Positions 40,579 through 44,874 of a stretch of DNA of 44,874 bases are shown here, one piece after another. The notes beneath the pieces were generated by a model. That model saw nothing but the letters and a program-made list of their open reading frames with translations, was not told where the DNA came from and made no database searches. Position 1 is the stretch's first letter; each line of letters opens with the position of its first letter. The stretch covers positions 1-44,874 of IMG/VR virus record IMGVR_UViG_3300033143_001480. One strand, 5' to 3'. Source of the DNA: a virus. The translations under genes and the position numbers were made by a program.

Positions 40579-43308
40579 TTACTGTCTCACCTGTACAGGA
40601 GTAGAAAACAAGTCTCTTATACCTAGGACTCCGCCTATAGATATGGCATTAGAGTTCTTAAACTCCACTTCTATAAGAGTATCTTTAGCAGGGAGTCGAG
40701 CATCGATAATAGTATATCCTCCATCTGAAGCTAAGGTTACACCTCCCCCTCCATCAGAGCAGAACGAAGTAGGTTTCTGCCTTACGGTATCTGTTAACTC
40801 CTCAGTAGTTGGATTATAGTCCCATACACACCAAGTCCAGCCTGAGGTAGCTCCTGCAGATAAGACGGTAAGGACCTCAGCTACGTATCTTTGAGAAGTA
40901 ATATAAGCTGTGATATTCTTCTCTTTTATGATAGAGCCTATAGTAAGAGTTACAGCTTCCGTATCCTCTCCGTCAGCGAGAGTGAAGGAGATAGTTCCAC
41001 ACCCTATAGAGTTAGCACCAGCATTAGCAGGAGTATACTCTATGGAATTAAGGCTAGTACTAACTACTGCTGTTCCGCAAGTGAGACTGGCAGTATTCAG
41101 CGCTCCTTGTATTACTATATTATTCTCCGTAGTTGTAGCTGCCCCTGTAAGAGAAACTACGTCTAGCTCTGTAGCTGCTGTATAGAGATTTACTATATTA
41201 GAAGCTGTAGGAGTAGTTGTAGCTAAGACTAATGTGTTAGTAGAGGTGTGATCTATTATACTTATACCTGAAAGCTGCCATTTCGTGTCAGGTGCAGTAG
41301 TACCCTGCCCTAGAACTATATTGAGTATATTATCTCCTCCAGTAACTACATTAGGAATAACATACAGATCAGCTTTATTAACTGCCTGAGTCTGTAAGCA
41401 GATATCATAGTTGGTCTCATATACGGTACCTTCTACGGTAATAGAGTAAGTTCGCTCTCCTCCCATACAAGTACCTGCTTCGTCTCCCCAGTAGGACTCC
41501 AGCTGTTTAAGAGTTACATCGCAGCCAGCTGAGCAGTCTATAGGTACTGTCCAGTTTCCTGTAGTGCCTGCGCCTCTAGTATTTAAGTACATGCAAGTAT
41601 CGCCATTAGCTTCTGTTACAGCATCTGTGATAGTAGTTGTATAGCCTGTACCTGTGTAATATTGATCAGTTTCGTAGGTAATAGTGCCTGTGCAGCCTGT
41701 TCCACCAACATCCATATGAAAAGGCCTGCTCTCAGCAGCATCTGGAGCCTCACTACCAGGCTCTAGTGCGCCCATATCTGGAGTAGTTGCGTTTCTAGCT
41801 AAGCCTTCGTAGTCATAGTAGAGAGCCTTAACAGAATGTGTATCATCCCAGTTGCCTGTAATCTCAGTTCTTAGTGGATAGTCTGATGCAGTAAGAACTA
41901 CAGCAACTCTAGGATCACCAGCGTTAGATGCTGTATTTGAACCAGAAGTATCTAGCCCGAAGTCAGCAATAGTAGGGACGTTCAACACACCATAACTTAG
42001 GAAGCTGGCAGTTGTATAAAGAGGTGGCCCGGCTACTGCGATCGCATCACCAGTACCGTTACATTCAGTAGTTGTCTGAGTATAGTCAAAATGGTTATAG
42101 CCCCAAGTTACATTCGCTACTGTTCCTTTAGCATCGCATGCGCTAGCACCTAGAGAGCTTTCATGAAATACATTATTAGCTACTGTAGATCCAGCAGCGT
42201 AGCTATCATTATCTGCAACTTGATTTGCTATCTCATCAAAACCTACGCAAGTATTACCTAATATATGAAACCCTGCTGTCTTGCCTGCTGCGATAGAGGC
42301 AGGATAAGCTCCTGTTGTGAAACACTCCCTAACATTAGCTATGAAGTTGTTTCTAGCTACATTACCTGTGCTGTGATTTATAGGAGTATAAATATCTTCT
42401 ACGCCGATTTTAATTCCGTAATCAGTCCGTGTCCAGTTATAAGTTCCGCTAGTACCACCTGCAATAAAATTATCTTCTATAATAGTGTCAGAAGAATTAT
42501 CAATATATACTCCTCCTTTAGCTATACCAAGAAAGTAATTACCTTTGATGATATTCTTATTAGAGTTGTTATACGGGTTTACTCCGTCGCCACCACAGTC
42601 TGAGACAGTATTGTTTTCTATTAGATTTTGAGACGAACCAGAAGCTATCTTTATACAACCTCCGTAGCCAGTAGAAAAACCTAAAACTCTACTTAGTACA
42701 ACCTGGTACATTGTACTATCTCGTAGTATATTAAGACTTGAGCCGCCTTCAAATATAACTGCTGAGTGCGATATGTGAGACATATCTAAGCGTTGAATAA
42801 CTGCATAACTCCAGTTGTTATCTACCTCAATAGCTGAGTAGGAGGAGTTTATAATTTTTATGTCCTGAACAGTAATGTAATCCTCTCTGATCCACACTAG
42901 CGGCTTCCAGATAGCAGGGAATGTACCTTCCGCAGCATCAGAAGTAAACGCACCAGAGATTGTCGGCTTGCTCTCGCCGCTAGGACAACCAACAGAACTT
43001 GTAACAGGGGTAGGAGTAGCGCCATCCATCCAGTAAGCGCCAAGCGTGACACCTGAGATACTTAATCTGATATCCTCTAAAGGCCAGCTTTCATTACATT
43101 TTAGGTATAACCTGTCTGCTGAGGTTGTTAGTAATGCCGATCCTACGTCTAAGGTCTTTACTGCTAGTGGATCAGTAGTACCTGCATCTGCATCATCCCC
43201 AGAGACACTACTGATGTAGTAGTTAGTAGCCTTAGCCGGCGTAGCTATAAAGAGTGAGGCTGCTACTAAGCTAGCTCCAAGTGCGATTAAGATCTTACCT
43301 ATGCTCAT
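40579..43308 (-). CDS. Cys-rich parallel beta-helix polysaccharide-depolymerase-like protein with N-terminal signal peptide (909 aa)
   Basis: N-terminus MSIGK-ILIALGASLVAASLFIA-TPAKA|TN. PbH1-like rungs IENNTVSD, IKGNYFLG, IEDNFIAG, ARNNFIAN, ILGNTCVG, VANNVFHE. 18 Cys by my count. Confidence 0.75.
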   Translation of the reverse strand: MSIGKILIALGASLVAASLFIATPAKATNYYISSVSGDDADAGTTDPLAVKTLDVGSALLTTSADRLYLKCNESWPLEDIRLSISGVTLGAYWMDGATPTPVTSSVGCPSGESKPTISGAFTSDAAEGTFPAIWKPLVWIREDYITVQDIKIINSSYSAIEVDNNWSYAVIQRLDMSHISHSAVIFEGGSSLNILRDSTMYQVVLSRVLGFSTGYGGCIKIASGSSQNLIENNTVSDCGGDGVNPYNNSNKNIIKGNYFLGIAKGGVYIDNSSDTIIEDNFIAGGTSGTYNWTRTDYGIKIGVEDIYTPINHSTGNVARNNFIANVRECFTTGAYPASIAAGKTAGFHILGNTCVGFDEIANQVADNDSYAAGSTVANNVFHESSLGASACDAKGTVANVTWGYNHFDYTQTTTECNGTGDAIAVAGPPLYTTASFLSYGVLNVPTIADFGLDTSGSNTASNAGDPRVAVVLTASDYPLRTEITGNWDDTHSVKALYYDYEGLARNATTPDMGALEPGSEAPDAAESRPFHMDVGGTGCTGTITYETDQYYTGTGYTTTITDAVTEANGDTCMYLNTRGAGTTGNWTVPIDCSAGCDVTLKQLESYWGDEAGTCMGGERTYSITVEGTVYETNYDICLQTQAVNKADLYVIPNVVTGGDNILNIVLGQGTTAPDTKWQLSGISIIDHTSTNTLVLATTTPTASNIVNLYTAATELDVVSLTGAATTTENNIVIQGALNTASLTCGTAVVSTSLNSIEYTPANAGANSIGCGTISFTLADGEDTEAVTLTIGSIIKEKNITAYITSQRYVAEVLTVLSAGATSGWTWCVWDYNPTTEELTDTVRQKPTSFCSDGGGGVTLASDGGYTIIDARLPAKDTLIEVEFKNSNAISIGGVLGIRDLFSTPVQVRQ

Positions 43309-43670
43309 GCGAAAGCTCCTGTTCCTGTGGCTGCTGTAACTGTAGCACCTGCAGGTATTATAAGAGTAGTTAGATTTACGTTTGCTCCAGAGAACCCTAC
43401 TGTACCTGCTCCGTATTTAGTTCCTCCAGAAACCTTAAGTACGCACTTAGTGACATTAGATACGCTACCTGTAGCATTGGTATCTGAAGTCATAGCGTTA
43501 AGGGACTTAGAGGCTCCGGAAGAGGCTCCAAAAGCTGTAGCTCCGAATCCTAGCGTAGCTACCTCTACATTAGCAGCTGTATGTAGTTCCAAGGTTCCTG
43601 AGTTAAATACGTCGTAGGCTGCATCTAGTATGATATTAGCCCAGACATTCTCTACGGTTAAGGCTGGCAT
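43305..43670 (-). CDS. Small beta-rich virion-module protein (121 aa)
   Basis: 4-nt overlap with the 909-aa gene. SD AAGGAG upstream. Confidence 0.6.
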   Translation of the reverse strand: MPALTVENVWANIILDAAYDVFNSGTLELHTAANVEVATLGFGATAFGASSGASKSLNAMTSDTNATGSVSNVTKCVLKVSGGTKYGAGTVGFSGANVNLTTLIIPAGATVTAATGTGAFA

Positions 43671-43834
43671 AAGAACTCCTTAGGGAGAAAGTAATGCTCG
43701 TACTGAGATTCTTCTCCATGTACCCGCAACTCAGCCTCTCCTCTAAGACCTTCTGGTATCTGCTGTAAAGAATCATAGAGGACGCAGCCGTCTAATTCTA
43801 CCTGAAAGTTCTGTTCTGGTATTTCTTGGTTCAT
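43658..43834 (-). CDS. Unlisted 58-aa ORF filling the 43671-43836 gap
   Basis: My translation is MNQEIPEQNFQVELDGCVLYDSLQQIPEGLRGEAELRVHGEESQYEHYFLPKEFLCQP*. The ATG lies 2 nt after the upstream stop. The ORF overlaps the next gene by 13 nt and carries its SD. Confidence 0.45.
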   Translation of the reverse strand: MNQEIPEQNFQVELDGCVLYDSLQQIPEGLRGEAELRVHGEESQYEHYFLPKEFLCQP

Positions 43835-43836
43835 TT

Positions 43837-44049
43837 CTATAGTCCTATTCCTACACCTATAAATAATCTATGAGCTGGCTCCAAGCCTTCCACTTCTGTC
43901 GGAGGGTCTAAAGCTATGCCGCCATACAGAGCTAAAACTGTAGCTTGATCTCCGAGACCTATAGAGCCGCTAGGGACAGGTAATAGATCATCAGTGATGC
44001 TAGCGAAATTAAGCGCTGAGTATCTCTTAGCTATAGTGTCGATAGCCAT
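43837..44049 (-). CDS. Small virion-module protein (70 aa)
   Basis: Starts 1 nt after the fibre-like gene stop. Confidence 0.55.
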   Translation of the reverse strand: MAIDTIAKRYSALNFASITDDLLPVPSGSIGLGDQATVLALYGGIALDPPTEVEGLEPAHRLFIGVGIGL

Positions 44050-44050
44050 T

Positions 44051-44874
44051 CTAAGGCCCTGTTACTATTTCAGTCTTAGTAACCACGCCTGCAGCTTCTG
44101 ATACTGTAGCCTTCTGATCTACTGTGGAGCCTGCATCATTATATAGATTAAATCCTGTAGCTGATTGGTCCTTAAGATTTCTCCAGTTCTTATATAGATA
44201 ATCTATCTTAGTTGCTAGATCTGCATTCACAGGAGGAGTGCCTTGGCCAGGTTCAGCGCGAGGATCATCTAGGAGAGCAAGAACAGCAGAAAGGTTAGTG
44301 AGAAGAGTTCCAATTTCTGTATCTAAGTAGCCTGCTACAGTATCTAGCTTAGTCTCGTTAGTATCACCTTGAGCTGTAAGTTCTGTTATTACAATATCTG
44401 TAGCGTCTTGCTTAGCTTCAGTTGCTGGAGCATAAGCTGTTAAAGCATCTGTTACCTCGGCCTCAATAGCCGCCGCCCAGTTAGCTCCAAATAAACCTCC
44501 ACTGCCTGATCGAGTAAATGCTAGGCCATCAGATGTGCCAGAGCCAGCTAGTGTAATATTATCCACACCGTTTGCTGCTGTAATGGTGATTGGCTGAAAA
44601 GTGATTGATTGTTGAGTTGAGGCAAGTGCTACCCCATCAGCTCCCGTAATAGTATCTAGGTCATCTTGTGCAGTGGCCAGTGCGGTTGCCGTTGCCAATG
44701 TTGCCAATGTTGCCGGGATATCATCTGTTTGTAGCTCGTTTGTATCTTCCACTATTAATACAGTCTCAGCCTTAACTGCTGCAATAGCTGCTGTATGGTC
44801 TGCTGTTTGTGGAGTATGGCCTGTTACATTAACTTCACCAGGTGTTGATGAAGCAGAAGTAATTACAGTTTGAG
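44051..44874 (-). CDS. 3' part of the wrap-around tail-fibre-like gene (same gene as 1..364)
   Basis: The frame remains open upstream of the GTG at 44752 (..AETVLIVEDTNEL..) to the window end. Includes an ATLATLATATALATA low-complexity tract (44688-44715). Confidence 0.75.
   Translation of the reverse strand, partial: QTVITSASSTPGEVNVTGHTPQTADHTAAIAAVKAETVLIVEDTNELQTDDIPATLATLATATALATAQDDLDTITGADGVALASTQQSITFQPITITAANGVDNITLAGSGTSDGLAFTRSGSGGLFGANWAAAIEAEVTDALTAYAPATEAKQDATDIVITELTAQGDTNETKLDTVAGYLDTEIGTLLTNLSAVLALLDDPRAEPGQGTPPVNADLATKIDYLYKNWRNLKDQSATGFNLYNDAGSTVDQKATVSEAAGVVTKTEIVTGP
44761..44874. repeat. Terminal direct repeat, copy 2 (identical to 1..114)
   Basis: Identical 114-mer to the window start. 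Confidence 0.97.

Noticed and set aside
44673-44873. A 66-aa + strand ORF at the window end.
   Set aside because: It is antisense to the wrap-around fibre-like gene and consists largely of the terminal duplicate. It has low-complexity Ala/Val/Ser content.
1-44874. A diversity-generating retroelement or retron acting on the fibre and Ig-like genes.
   Set aside because: No ORF has reverse-transcriptase motifs (no YxDD block), and I found no template/variable repeat pair with adenine-specific differences.
1-44874. A DNA hypermodification or Z-genome system associated with the divergent PolA.
   Set aside because: I recognise no PurZ/PurA-like (GDEGKGK), dNTP pyrophosphatase, thymidylate-synthase-like, DpdA/Que or glycosyltransferase motifs. 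The idea rests only on the polymerase motif differences.

Overview
The window is a complete genome of a tailed dsDNA phage. Its first and last 114 bp are identical, so the unique sequence is 44,760 bp and closes into a circle. The junction lies inside a gene, which favours an assembly overlap of a circular or circularly permuted genome over physical ends.

Coding density is very high and the genes form two arms.

1. A + strand early/replication arm (11.7-28.6 kb). It encodes an SF1 RecD/Dda-like helicase, a Cas4-like PD-(D/E)XK nuclease, a Sak4/AAA_24-like ATPase, a family A DNA polymerase with 3'-5' exonuclease, a VirE-like P-loop protein and a DHH/DHHA1 phosphoesterase.

2. One long - strand morphogenesis arm. 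It starts at 11,291 with small and large terminase, portal, scaffold and major capsid. It then runs through coordinate 1, wraps to the window end and continues down to 28,695. That second stretch holds fibre proteins, two beta-helix spike proteins, adaptor/nozzle candidates, and 175/623/1849-aa core-like proteins in T7-like order.

The arms diverge at 11,292-11,711 and converge on a hairpin terminator at about 28,613-28,663. By eye I see no phage RNA polymerase, integrase, tRNA, CRISPR array, reverse transcriptase, base-modification genes, primase or endolysin.

The most unusual items are:
- a ~600-bp gene-poor, dyad-organised, iteron-dense hub at 12.55-13.15 kb, a candidate origin or operator hub, next to an RHH-like gene;
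- a 909-aa, 18-Cys beta-helix protein with a classical Sec-type signal peptide;
- a polymerase with His at the Phe762/Tyr526-equivalent position and HDS in motif C;
- an end-of-arm accessory islet containing an NrnB-like DHH phosphoesterase;
- an 1849-aa ejection-type protein carrying an HExxH motif;
- twin long hairpins flanking a strongly promoted acidic early gene;
- recurrent short perfect tandem duplications at gene junctions.

All family calls are motif- and synteny-based, read by eye, with no searches run.
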